64,000 nt of DNA from Candidatus Hodarchaeota archaeon (GCA_048886685.1 JBHLKM010000010.1:23946-87945), one strand, 5' to 3'; positions 28,071-37,995 are shown, counted from the first letter of the stretch. Notes: a model not told the origin generated them from the letters alone. Translations and numbers: made by a program.

Positions 28071-29538
28071 CTTCTATTCCATGTCCTGGATTCATTATAT
28101 TATTTGGATCTAGCAATTTCTTAATTTTTTTTATTAAATTATTCGTAGTGGAAAGAGTTTTGTTTTTATGGTGTTCTACTACCCAAAGGGGAGGCTTATA
28201 CATGACAACACCATCTAATTCATGAACTGCCTCAAATATTTCTTTTAAAACTTTTCTTGCCTTTTCAATATCCTCGGGATCATTTTTATCAAAACATATA
28301 TTTGCACGTGCAACACAATAGTGCCCTCCAAACATAATCCTACTATAGAATTGAGGAGGTTTATCATATTTAAGTGTTATTTCTCTGGCAAGTTTGTAAT
28401 ATTTTACTATATCGCTTGTTGAGCAATAAGATCCAATCCATTCTCCGCCACCACCTCGAGCAAAATTCCAACATCCCCAAGCTTGAATCGGTGTATAACC
28501 TCCATAAGCAGGAAAGAGATCGAGAAAAACACCTCTCATATCACTTGGAAATGATTCTAAAAAGGATTGTACTGTTTGAGGTTCAACATTAAATTCTCTA
28601 CAAATATCTCCTATAGCCTCACATTGGGCATTATGTTGATCTTCAGTATAGGCTTGGGTAGTTACAATACTAAACAAATCTGGCAAACCAAATTCAATTG
28701 GATCTTTTGCAACACTGTTTTCGTTAAATCCTTGAATTGCTTGACACCATCCCATGTTTAAAAATACGATGTCTACTATACCTAATCCAGCTTTTGAAAG
28801 TTTTCGCAAAAGCGGAACTCCTTGATCAACGGTTTGTGCTAAAATCGCGATGTCCTCACGAAACGGTAATTTTGGCCATAATTTAATAGCTGCTTTGGTT
28901 ACAATCCCTGTAGTGCCCTCCCATCCAATAAATAATCCTGCTAAGTCTGGTAATGGTTGTCTACCATACCATTTATTTGAAATGCTACAAGATCCTACTT
29001 TAATTAATTCTCCAGAACCTAAAACAGCTTCCAAACCATTAAGGAATTCTGCCCCAGTACCACCAATCATCCCTAGATCAAACATCCCATAGCACAAACA
29101 TGAAGGCACTACACCGGTACCGGGAGGAGAAAAAGTCACTCCAGCCCGAAAATTGGGGTGATGTTTATCAAGATATCCTTTCAAATCTGCCCACGTTGTT
29201 CCACCTTCTATTACTGCATACATATCATCCTCATTTACTTCAAGTACGCGATTCATACGCCGTAAATCTACAACAATGCCCCCTTTTCGTGGTGTAGCAA
29301 TTGAACCAAAATTTATCCCTGAAACCCAAGGTACTAAGGGAATCTTATATTTATTTGCAACTTTTACTATTTCTTGGACTTCTTCGGCGGTTTCAGGCAT
29401 AATAGCAATATCACATTTCCCTTCGGGTTCTGCGCTTATAAAATCATAATGGTATAAAAATTGTATCTCTGGTTCATCAGAAACATATCTTTCTCCAACA
29501 ATTTTTCCTAATTCTGCCACAATATCGCTATTATTCAT
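28063..29538 (-). CDS. FAD-binding oxidoreductase (GlcD/VAO-PCMH superfamily)
   Basis: P..AEEVQEIVKVAN, GGIVVDLRRMNRVLEVN, DLAGLFIGWEGTTGIVTK and DPNNIMNPG motifs. Confidence 0.92.
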   Translation of the reverse strand: MNNSDIVAELGKIVGERYVSDEPEIQFLYHYDFISAEPEGKCDIAIMPETAEEVQEIVKVANKYKIPLVPWVSGINFGSIATPRKGGIVVDLRRMNRVLEVNEDDMYAVIEGGTTWADLKGYLDKHHPNFRAGVTFSPPGTGVVPSCLCYGMFDLGMIGGTGAEFLNGLEAVLGSGELIKVGSCSISNKWYGRQPLPDLAGLFIGWEGTTGIVTKAAIKLWPKLPFREDIAILAQTVDQGVPLLRKLSKAGLGIVDIVFLNMGWCQAIQGFNENSVAKDPIEFGLPDLFSIVTTQAYTEDQHNAQCEAIGDICREFNVEPQTVQSFLESFPSDMRGVFLDLFPAYGGYTPIQAWGCWNFARGGGGEWIGSYCSTSDIVKYYKLAREITLKYDKPPQFYSRIMFGGHYCVARANICFDKNDPEDIEKARKVLKEIFEAVHELDGVVMYKPPLWVVEHHKNKTLSTTNNLIKKIKKLLDPNNIMNPGHGIEGD

Positions 29539-29659
29539 TCTATACCTACCTAATTTAAAATTTTAATGTAAGTGAATAATATTAAAAATTATAGACTTAA
29601 TCTTATTAAAGAGTTATTGAAAATAGTTTTGAAATTCCTTTTTAATCTTATAATATGCT

Positions 29660-30949
29660 TTATAGTAGAGTTTGAGCAAATAATTTAATTTTTTCTCGTA
29701 TTATTTTTTCAGATGCGAATCGAGCATCACCTACATCTACATCGATAAGAAGCATAGGTATTCCTACCTCATCTCGTAATGCTTCTCTTAAAATTTGAGG
29801 AACACTCCCAAATTGTTTGCATCCGATATGTGATGTAAAGATAAAGCAATCAGCTGAATAATCTTTTGCTAATCTTACGCATTCATCAATAAAAGGATAG
29901 TAAAATTCTGCGCTTTGCTTTGTCATTGGAGCCTCCATTGCCTTTTTTGCCATACCATAAAAAATTGTATCCAAATCTGATTTTGTATTAATTGGTTTCG
30001 AAAAATTATAGTTAAAGATATCGAATAAAATTGACATGCCTAGATTTCGATCCAGCCATTCACCAAGAGATAAATCGAAGAAAATAATCATATAAGGCCA
30101 TATGCTCCTAATTTTCTCTTCTCCAGCGTGATGTTCTTTAGCCTTATACCTTTTTTTGGCAATTTCTAGCATTTTCTTATGAAAATCGAGTTTTTCCTCT
30201 CGACCAGATAAATATATGTGTGCTGCTGCGGACATGGCATTATACATGTTCTCAACAGGACAGGGTGTAGCTTTTTTCAATTCGAAAATTTCTAGTTGGA
30301 TTTTTGTAACTTCATTTTCTAATCCCAATGATTTCTTTAAATTGTCGTAATTAGGTTGTTGATTAATTATTTTACCGAGAGAATCTAAAGCTAATCTAAT
30401 CTGCTCACCATGATAATGATAACTTTTTTCTGCTTTTAAGAAAGGCAAATCTGGAGCGATAAGAGGGATCTTTTTATGATATTCAAAAAAAGGATAAGAT
30501 GCATATGTATTATCACAAGGAGCCGTAGGGGTTATTATAGCATCAAATTTGAATAAATCATCCAAAGTCATTCCCATAGTTCCCTTTTGTGAGGTACACG
30601 TATGAAATGGATGTCCCCAGTGCGTAATTAGATCATAATATGGTTCGGAGCCATCTGGTAACAAAGCAGCCAATAAATAGGAAACAGCCTCTATACAAAC
30701 AGGTACACAATCAAAACAAGAAAGATATTCAGTTGGGAATGAAAAATGGTGACCTATAATAGGTAATCCTTCTCCTGCTTTCTCAATATACTCACCCATA
30801 ATTGACTTGATATGTTTTAAACCTATTCTTAATGAGGGTATTCCATTTTCGGGGAGAACTCCCTCAACTAATCCAGATGTGGACGAAACTGCTTCATATA
30901 ACATTTTATAAGGAATTATCCTATTTTCCATTTCAACTCTATTAAACAA
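29660..30949 (-). CDS. 2-hydroxyacyl-CoA dehydratase / benzoyl-CoA reductase family subunit (HgdA/BcrB-like)
   Basis: FPTE, TCTSQKG, APCD, GCKQFG and GIPMLLIDVD.GD.RF motifs. Confidence 0.85.
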   Translation of the reverse strand: MFNRVEMENRIIPYKMLYEAVSSTSGLVEGVLPENGIPSLRIGLKHIKSIMGEYIEKAGEGLPIIGHHFSFPTEYLSCFDCVPVCIEAVSYLLAALLPDGSEPYYDLITHWGHPFHTCTSQKGTMGMTLDDLFKFDAIITPTAPCDNTYASYPFFEYHKKIPLIAPDLPFLKAEKSYHYHGEQIRLALDSLGKIINQQPNYDNLKKSLGLENEVTKIQLEIFELKKATPCPVENMYNAMSAAAHIYLSGREEKLDFHKKMLEIAKKRYKAKEHHAGEEKIRSIWPYMIIFFDLSLGEWLDRNLGMSILFDIFNYNFSKPINTKSDLDTIFYGMAKKAMEAPMTKQSAEFYYPFIDECVRLAKDYSADCFIFTSHIGCKQFGSVPQILREALRDEVGIPMLLIDVDVGDARFASEKIIREKIKLFAQTLL

Positions 30950-30974
30950 ATTTATTCACCTCATTTTAAATGTT

Positions 30975-32141
30975 TTAAATCATTTCTAAGAATGCTTCAA
31001 TACGGGTTTGTAATCGCGTTGTATCTGCTTGAAAAAACTCTCTATCAATATTTAATACAGGAATATCGAGTTCTTTTAATTCATGCGTGAAAAGCATATT
31101 ATCACATCCGTGTAAATCACAGTTATTTATTCTCTGTAATAACACTCCTTCAATTTTCGCACTTTTAATCTCTTCCTTTAAGAATTCAAGTCGTCTAAGA
31201 TGGTCATCCATCATCCTTGGGCAAGATATTCGATGATATAAACGCCTTGTAATACTTTCTAAAGAACTTTCATCTTCTTTAATCATTACATCATCAGAAA
31301 AATTGCGCGTTCCAAAACACAGGAAATCAGAGGCAATAAAAGCGCCTGAGTTTTCAATTAACTGGGTAAAATCAATATTATCAACTATACTCCCAACTAA
31401 CAATATCCGTTTTTTATTCTCAATATCAATGTTTTTCCGTTTATTTAGATTATCTAGAAGTCTTACTAATTCTTGATTAGCCATTTCTTTAGGAATTGAA
31501 GAATTTGACATATTAATTTCTAAAGCTTCACTTCCAGTAAGTTTTGGGTTATTTTGAATTCTTAATTCATGGATTTTTCTTAATAATCTTCTATTTTCAT
31601 TGAAAATTTTAATAGATTCCATTAACTTTTCATTAGAAATATCATTAATTCCAAAAGCTTTTTCTAATTTAACTTTAAGTTCCTCAATTTCTTTTTTATA
31701 CCAGTTAAAACCTTCATCTGTAATAATATGTGGTAATGCGAAATAAAAGCTATTTACCTTTTTTTTAAAATTCTCTCTATTAAAGACTTTCAAATCGAAA
31801 ACTTCAAACATTCTACGGCTATGATCACAACTATTACATACTAAAAAGCCATCTAAAAAATCATAAACTCCTCTTAAAGCCATATCTAATGTTGCTCTTA
31901 CAAATGAACAGGTAAATCGAACCATATAAATATCCCCTAAATCAGTATCTTTATTACCTGTCGCTCTGATCCTGAAGGGTAGTAAACCTGCTGCATGAAG
32001 TAATTCTTCAGGAATATAAGTACAATAATAACCTACAATTTTTTTACCCTTCTTTTGCCAATCTTCGATATAGGGATTAAATATAGATTTGGAAAGAGTA
32101 AGAAAAGGATCTTTAAGTAAATTTATAAAAATACACCTCAT
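30975..32141 (-). CDS. 2-hydroxyacyl-CoA dehydratase / benzoyl-CoA reductase family subunit (HgdB/BcrC-like)
   Basis: GYYCTYIPEELLHAAG, CSFVR, SCDHSRR, CFGTR, CPRM, CDLHG and TRIEAFLEMI motifs. Confidence 0.9.
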   Translation of the reverse strand: MRCIFINLLKDPFLTLSKSIFNPYIEDWQKKGKKIVGYYCTYIPEELLHAAGLLPFRIRATGNKDTDLGDIYMVRFTCSFVRATLDMALRGVYDFLDGFLVCNSCDHSRRMFEVFDLKVFNRENFKKKVNSFYFALPHIITDEGFNWYKKEIEELKVKLEKAFGINDISNEKLMESIKIFNENRRLLRKIHELRIQNNPKLTGSEALEINMSNSSIPKEMANQELVRLLDNLNKRKNIDIENKKRILLVGSIVDNIDFTQLIENSGAFIASDFLCFGTRNFSDDVMIKEDESSLESITRRLYHRISCPRMMDDHLRRLEFLKEEIKSAKIEGVLLQRINNCDLHGCDNMLFTHELKELDIPVLNIDREFFQADTTRLQTRIEAFLEMI

Positions 32142-32626
32142 AAACTCTTTTTATATACATTATGCTTTCCAATCATAAGACACCGTGCTAATTTTAATGC
32201 AGCAACATAAGAACCTTTTATCTTAGCCTTTCCTGGAAGAATATACTTTAAAAGTTTTATCAAGCCAAATATATTATGTTTTGAACGAATAATATCGCTA
32301 ACTACATCAAGAATTTTATCTTGCTTAACATTGATTAGGATAGTTGACACAGGTTTATTAGCTCTCCCCATATAACAATCAAAATTCTCTTTATCAGGTG
32401 TAAGGATAAAAGTGATATACCCATCTAAATCTTTTAAGTATAACTCAATTTCTTTACCTTCAAGTTTACCGATTTTCTTAAAAGGAGCCTCCTGCCCAAA
32501 TAAATCGACCAGCATCTTAGCTAATCTGACAATATTGAGAATTTTCGTTTCTTTAATTAAATTTTCAGCTTTAATGGTTCGATCATTACTTATTATGCTT
32601 TCGATTTGATTTATTATTGCCACCAA
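32138..32626 (-). CDS. hypothetical protein, probable SCP2 (sterol-carrier)-like fold
   Basis: C-terminal GKAKIKGSYVAALKL resembles the SCP2 GKLKIKGD..ALKL signature. It overlaps the next gene by ATGA. Confidence 0.6.
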   Translation of the reverse strand: MVAIINQIESIISNDRTIKAENLIKETKILNIVRLAKMLVDLFGQEAPFKKIGKLEGKEIELYLKDLDGYITFILTPDKENFDCYMGRANKPVSTILINVKQDKILDVVSDIIRSKHNIFGLIKLLKYILPGKAKIKGSYVAALKLARCLMIGKHNVYKKSL

Positions 32627-32750
32627 TCATAGAGAATTACAATAATATGTCTTTTTAAGTATATAAAGATTCTTTAAAGACCTTGAGATATTGGTTTAAT
32701 TACTTATAAGTCAAATACAAGAAAGAATGTTTTGTATAGCAAAATTATAT

Positions 32751-34043
32751 CTAATACGGATATAACTCTATTTTACGTCCTTTTTTCACTAATTTTATTA
32801 TATTTTCTTCTGATAACTTATCAATGTGATATTTTATAGTAGTACGAGAAAGGTTAAGCAGTCGAGAAATCTCAGAAGAATTTATTCCGGGATTTTCTTC
32901 AATAATATTTAATACTTCTGAGGTCGTTTTTGATTTTAAATTGAGATATTTAAGATTATCATCTGTTTCAAATGAAGATAAAATTGGATAATAAATAGTA
33001 TATTGCCCATATTTTTCTTTTTTAATAATATGATTTTTTAATAGCACATCTAAATGCCATTGTAATTGTCCTTTCTGTAGGTCACAGTTTCGTAGCAATT
33101 CGTTATGATGCACTCCCGGATTATTAAGAATTTGATTTAATATTTTTATACGATTTTCATTCTCAAATATATCTGAGAGAGATAAATAAGATTTTCCCCT
33201 TTTAAAATGGTGTTTCCTTAGAAAATAACCTTTATATTCTTTAATCGTAAGTACTTCCATAATGGATAATAATAAAATCGTTGTTATTGAAATAGAAATT
33301 ATAATTATTCCTATAGTAGATTCATCATCACCAAAAACAGGTTCTCTATATGATTCAACTAACCTACCTAGAATAATAGATAATAAAACGAGAGAAATTA
33401 CAATTAAAACAAACTTAACCAAGAAAAAGCGACTATAATTTTTACCCCGCTTACTACTATAGTTTAAATTTCTGTTTAATCTTAAGAATGGAAACATGAA
33501 AGGCACTTCATTTGCATACTCTAAGAAGTTATTACCATATTTAGCTTTTAGGGCAATTTCTTCAATTTTTGCCAAAATTATATAGGCTAATAATTCACCA
33601 ATCCAAATATAAAATATGAGGGTATAACCATTGAAATCACCAATATCAAATTCGAAAATTGGACTAGTTTGAAATGCTATTAATGTCATTCCAAAAGTCA
33701 TAATAATGAAGGCGAGATATTGAGGGTGTCTCAAGTATTTATACGGTCCCGTTTGAATTAACTGCTTTCTATGAGTTAATTGATAAATTAAAGAGTAAAT
33801 GTACATGATGACCCCAAATATTATAAAATAAATAGCGTGATTTTGAAATAGGAATTGTACGTCATATCGTAGAATTCTTGGATTTTGAAAGAAATAAATA
33901 AAGTAGGTAATTAATGGTACACTCATTATACCTTTCCATATAGTAGTACACGGCACATATTGGAATATTGGAATTAAAATTGAAGAAATACTAGTAGAAA
34001 TCGATTCTATTTTACTTTTGATCTTACTTTTCTTAAAATTCAT
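32751..34043 (-). CDS. ICMT/PEMT-family membrane methyltransferase-like domain fused via two TM helices to a tandem winged-HTH
   Basis: LIQTGPYKYLRHPQY, IEE..L..KYG..F.EY..VP motifs, then NPGVHHNEL...LQWHLDVL and NPGINSSEISR...IKYHIDKL. Confidence 0.85.
   Translation of the reverse strand: MNFKKSKIKSKIESISTSISSILIPIFQYVPCTTIWKGIMSVPLITYFIYFFQNPRILRYDVQFLFQNHAIYFIIFGVIMYIYSLIYQLTHRKQLIQTGPYKYLRHPQYLAFIIMTFGMTLIAFQTSPIFEFDIGDFNGYTLIFYIWIGELLAYIILAKIEEIALKAKYGNNFLEYANEVPFMFPFLRLNRNLNYSSKRGKNYSRFFLVKFVLIVISLVLLSIILGRLVESYREPVFGDDESTIGIIIISISITTILLLSIMEVLTIKEYKGYFLRKHHFKRGKSYLSLSDIFENENRIKILNQILNNPGVHHNELLRNCDLQKGQLQWHLDVLLKNHIIKKEKYGQYTIYYPILSSFETDDNLKYLNLKSKTTSEVLNIIEENPGINSSEISRLLNLSRTTIKYHIDKLSEENIIKLVKKGRKIELYPY
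33482..33674. repeat. near-identical ~193-bp direct repeat (other copy 34103-34295)
   Basis: 5 mismatches by hand count, while the rest of the two paralogs is visibly more diverged. Confidence 0.85.
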
Positions 34044-34070
34044 TCTAGATTACCTGAAAACTGGCGTGAG

Positions 34071-34664
34071 CTATTCTTTTCCAATTTTACTTCTATTTAA
34101 CTTTAAGAATGGAAACATGAAAGGCACTTCATTTGCATATTCTAAGAAGTCATTCCCATATTTAGCTTTTAGGGCAATTTCTTCAATTTTTGCCAAAATT
34201 ATATAGGCTAATAATTCACCAATCCAAATATAAAATATGAGGGTATAACCATCGAAATCACCAATATCAAATTTGAAAATTGGACTAGTTTGAAAAGCAA
34301 CCGATGTTAATCCTAAAGTAATTATAATAAAAGCAAGGTACTGAGGATGCCTAACGTATTTATATGGACCTGTTCGAATTAACTGTCTCCTGTGAGTTAG
34401 TTGATAAATTAGAGCATAAAAATAAAATATAAGGCCGAAAATTACAAAGTAGAATCCAAATGTATCTGTTAAAAAATTATAATCATATTTGAGAATTTTT
34501 GGATTTTGAAAAAAGAAACCTAAATAAGTGATTAATGGGACACTCATGATACCAAACCATATAGCCGTACAAGGCACATATTGGAAGAGTGGAATAATGA
34601 ATGATGAAATACTAGTAGAAATCGAGCTTAATTTAATTTTGATTTTATTTCTTTTTAGACTCAC
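34071..34664 (-). CDS. isoprenylcysteine carboxylmethyltransferase (ICMT/PEMT) family membrane protein
   Basis: LIRTGPYKYVRHPQY and EE..L..KYG motifs. Paralog of the N-terminal part of 32751..34043. Confidence 0.88.
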   Translation of the reverse strand: MSLKRNKIKIKLSSISTSISSFIIPLFQYVPCTAIWFGIMSVPLITYLGFFFQNPKILKYDYNFLTDTFGFYFVIFGLIFYFYALIYQLTHRRQLIRTGPYKYVRHPQYLAFIIITLGLTSVAFQTSPIFKFDIGDFDGYTLIFYIWIGELLAYIILAKIEEIALKAKYGNDFLEYANEVPFMFPFLKLNRSKIGKE

Positions 34665-34718
34665 TAATAAAAACCTTTAAAATACTAATTGTACTTATAC
34701 AATAAGAAATAATTTTAT

Positions 34719-34749
34719 TTATAAAGATTTAAGGTGCACTTTTCGAACA
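34719..34749 (-). promoter_or_regulatory. 31-bp promoter/operator element, copy 1
   Basis: TTATAAAGATTTAAGGTGCACTTTTCGAACA, identical at 35962-35992. On the coding strand it ends in TTTATAA about 55 nt before the start. Confidence 0.75.
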
Positions 34750-34836
34750 GAAACATCTTTACCTTCATTAACGTGGCTAGCTACATTAAGAAATCACTCA
34801 TTATCAATCTTTAATTTGTAAACATATATAATTATT

Positions 34837-35913
34837 CTATTTTTTATATTTATACATAATAATAATGACTGTTACTAAAGCTGTAATAGTAGCTATGATA
34901 ATAACCAGGATTATGAAATCTGGATTTTGAGATGAATTTACATTTGTAAGTTCGATTAGTTCTAACCCATCATCTAAATCAGTTAAAAACACTATATTAT
35001 TTTCAATAAAGAGATTTCTTGTGTGTCCTCCATCATTAAATCCGCTTATCTTCCAAGGATTAGTGGGATCACTTATGTTAACGATTTCAAGCCCATCATC
35101 ATCGTCTGATAGGAAAGCTAAATCATCTAAAATGAACGTAAAGTATACGTTCCCTCCATTATTGAATGATCCTAAAGTAATCGGATGGAATGGATCGCTC
35201 ACATCTAAGATCTCTAAACCATTTGAACAGTAACTGAGATACGCAATATTCTCTACGACCTTAACACTATACGCACCCTCCCCATTAAAGCATCCTCCGA
35301 TTTCAAAAGGATTGAATGGATCTGAGATGTTGATTATTTCAAGCCCCGCATGATATTCTGCTATATAAGCTAAATCCCCATTAATAAAAACCCCGTTTGG
35401 ATTTCCTCCATCATTGTATTCACCAATTTTAACTGGATGTCTAATATCGCTACAATTAATAATTTCTAGGCCATTTTCTATACTCACTAAATAAACAAGA
35501 TCCCCAGTAGTAAAAACATCAGAAATATGTCCCCCATTATAGAAATCACTTATCTTAGTAGGATTTAATGTATTTGATATATTGACTATTTGCAATCCAC
35601 TAAAACAATTAGCTAAATAAGCGATGTCATTGAGAACATCGATACTGTGAGTTACTCCGAGGTCGAGGTGACCCAACTCGGTTGGATTTCGAGGATCAGA
35701 AACATCAATAATTTGTAACCCCTCTTCAGTTCCTCCGATATAGGCTATTTCATCGATTACAACGACATCCCAGGCGAATACAGTATCGAATTGTCCGATC
35801 TTTTGAGGATATATATTTAAATCAGCGCCTACATTGTAACCGTTTGAAAAAACCATAATAAATATTATAATTATAAGAAGAAATTTCTTTAAGCAAAGTT
35901 TCTTTGAACTCAT
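34837..35913 (-). CDS. secreted, membrane-anchored LVIVD-repeat (beta-propeller) protein
   Basis: N-terminal signal peptide, about 7 repeats of AYxAxxxxGLEII(N/D)(I/V)SDPxNP, and a C-terminal TM helix with KYKK. Confidence 0.9.
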   Translation of the reverse strand: MSSKKLCLKKFLLIIIIFIMVFSNGYNVGADLNIYPQKIGQFDTVFAWDVVVIDEIAYIGGTEEGLQIIDVSDPRNPTELGHLDLGVTHSIDVLNDIAYLANCFSGLQIVNISNTLNPTKISDFYNGGHISDVFTTGDLVYLVSIENGLEIINCSDIRHPVKIGEYNDGGNPNGVFINGDLAYIAEYHAGLEIINISDPFNPFEIGGCFNGEGAYSVKVVENIAYLSYCSNGLEILDVSDPFHPITLGSFNNGGNVYFTFILDDLAFLSDDDDGLEIVNISDPTNPWKISGFNDGGHTRNLFIENNIVFLTDLDDGLELIELTNVNSSQNPDFIILVIIIATITALVTVIIIMYKYKK

Positions 35914-35961
35914 TTTTCATCAATTATCTTTGAAGGTTTATTTTAATTTTTGAAAACATAA

Positions 35962-35992
35962 TTATAAAGATTTAAGGTGCACTTTTCGAACA
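35962..35992 (-). promoter_or_regulatory. 31-bp promoter/operator element, copy 2
   Basis: Identical to 34719-34749 and about 49 nt upstream of the LVIVD gene start. Confidence 0.75.
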
Positions 35993-36136
35993 TATTAACA
36001 ATTATGTTTTTTCAAAAGGCTCAAAACTTTTAAAAATTGAATCCTTTCTCAAATACTCCTTCTTAACTTGACAGTGAGAAATTTCTTCATTGTAATAAAT
36101 GCAATTACTACATGTAAAAATATTATTAAAAATAAT

Positions 36137-36943
36137 TTATTCTAGCTCATCTAATCCAAGAGTTTTTATATTTGGGCGTGGTGGAACTCGATAATATATT
36201 TGTCTTGGATATCCGAGGATTATAACTCCCAAAACATGCCAATTTTTACCAACATATTTTTCTCGGAGTTCTTTGTTCGAGTTTAAAACACCATGGGCTA
36301 ATCCTATCCAGCAAGATCCTAACCCCAGAGATTGAGCACATAACATTCCATACGTCAAAGCTATTGTAGAATTCATTGCATCCATTGGATTTCTTGAATG
36401 TATTATCATTACATGAGGGGCATTGTAGAATATAGTATCTATACCCCGTTCTTTAGCTTTAATAAAGTTTTCACTGTACCTTGGATTATTTAAAGCAATT
36501 ATTGCGTCCATGACCACATCTGATAGATTTTTGATTTTATCATCATCTGAAATTATGGTACAATGTAGTGTTCGGATGTTACCTCCTGTTGGGGCATATT
36601 TCATGGTATCTAAAACTTTTTTTAATACTTCTTTTGGAACTTTTTTCTTCTTAAACCCCCTTATTGACCGTTTAGCAATCATAAATTTGTGAATAGTTTC
36701 GTATGAGATTAATTTACTAGGATCTTGAACTTCATCAAAAGATAATAATTCTCCAATATTCTCATACTTAATCGCATCAGACTTACACATTGCAATGCAA
36801 CGTCCACAAGAATCACAAAGATTACTAGGATCTTCAAAAATAATTTTGTTTAGCTCTTTATCACGTCTGAAATATCTTATGCATGCAAAACGACATATTT
36901 GACAATTGTCGCATTTTTCATAATCTATTCCAAGTATTGGCAT
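36137..36943 (-). CDS. nitroreductase family protein with N-terminal 4Fe-4S ferredoxin domain
   Basis: CDNCQIC..C and CDSCGRCIAMC clusters, then RSIRGF, YAPTGGN and GLGSCWIG. Confidence 0.92.
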   Translation of the reverse strand: MPILGIDYEKCDNCQICRFACIRYFRRDKELNKIIFEDPSNLCDSCGRCIAMCKSDAIKYENIGELLSFDEVQDPSKLISYETIHKFMIAKRSIRGFKKKKVPKEVLKKVLDTMKYAPTGGNIRTLHCTIISDDDKIKNLSDVVMDAIIALNNPRYSENFIKAKERGIDTIFYNAPHVMIIHSRNPMDAMNSTIALTYGMLCAQSLGLGSCWIGLAHGVLNSNKELREKYVGKNWHVLGVIILGYPRQIYYRVPPRPNIKTLGLDELE

Positions 36944-37023
36944 AATTACCAGCTTTTTCTGATTTTAAATAATTTTTTTACTTTTTAAAAAATAAAGATT
37001 ATTGTTATAATTTAACCTTAAAA

Positions 37024-37995
37024 TTATCTTTTTTTAATTTCAAAATTCACATCTTCAAATTTAGTATGGATTGTGCGATATATTTTAAATTTTCCATCTT
37101 CTACGGCATGATTTATAATTTCATCTATATCTGATTCATTCAAAAACTTCTCCGAAATAATTCTGTCAATCTTTGAATAAATGAGCTCCTTAATTTTATA
37201 TTTAAAACGATTTTTTTTCTTAGTATTAATCAATCCGGATAATTCGACATGCTCTTTATGATCCATTATGTTTTGAATAAGTTCATCAATACCCTCTCCG
37301 TTAATAGCATCTGTCATCGATACGGGAGGTCTCCAGCCACTTTGAAAGGTTGAATCGTCAAGCATCACTTCTATTTGTACAGCAATATCTTCTCCACCTA
37401 AATCTTTTTTATTAATATCATAAATATCCCCAATTTCTATAATTCCTGCTTTTTGCATTTGTATCGCATCGCCATACCCTGGGACTAGAACTATAACAAC
37501 TGAATAGGCTAAATTATAAATATCAAACTCTGCTTGACCAACTCCAACAGTTTCGATAATAATTAAATCCATTCCAAAAGCTTCATATAATAGACTAATG
37601 TCAAAGACAGCTCTTGAAATCCCTCCCTTATATCCTCTGGATGCAAGACTTCTCATAAACACATTTGGGTGTAAAGAGATATTTGTCATCCTGACTCGAT
37701 CTCCTAAAAATGCACCACCACTAAAAGGAGAGGTAGGATCTACACATATAATTCCAATTCGCTTTCCTTCATTCAATAAGGTTTTACAAATTGCTCCAGT
37801 TAAAGTACTTTTTCCAACACCAGGAGAACCAGTAATCCCAATAATATATGAATCATGTTTTATATCTTCAAAATGTCGAAAAATCTCATGAGCTTTATCG
37901 GGTTCATTTTCGATTATTGTAATTAATCTAGCTAAGGCGATTTTATCCCCGTTTCTGAAATTAGTAATTAAGTTTTCTAAATCATATTGCGTCAT
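37024..37995 (-). CDS. meaB: B12 acyl-CoA mutase-associated GTPase MeaB/ArgK
   Basis: GSPGVGKST, VDPTSPFSGGAFLGDRVRM, ETVGVGQ, GDAIQMQKAG and NKKD motifs. Confidence 0.95.
   Translation of the reverse strand: MTQYDLENLITNFRNGDKIALARLITIIENEPDKAHEIFRHFEDIKHDSYIIGITGSPGVGKSTLTGAICKTLLNEGKRIGIICVDPTSPFSGGAFLGDRVRMTNISLHPNVFMRSLASRGYKGGISRAVFDISLLYEAFGMDLIIIETVGVGQAEFDIYNLAYSVVIVLVPGYGDAIQMQKAGIIEIGDIYDINKKDLGGEDIAVQIEVMLDDSTFQSGWRPPVSMTDAINGEGIDELIQNIMDHKEHVELSGLINTKKKNRFKYKIKELIYSKIDRIISEKFLNESDIDEIINHAVEDGKFKIYRTIHTKFEDVNFEIKKR

Noticed and set aside
34719-35992. 31-bp exact repeat as a CRISPR repeat or IS end
   Set aside because: There are only two copies, 1.2 kb apart, each at promoter position. 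No spacers, cas genes or transposase are present.
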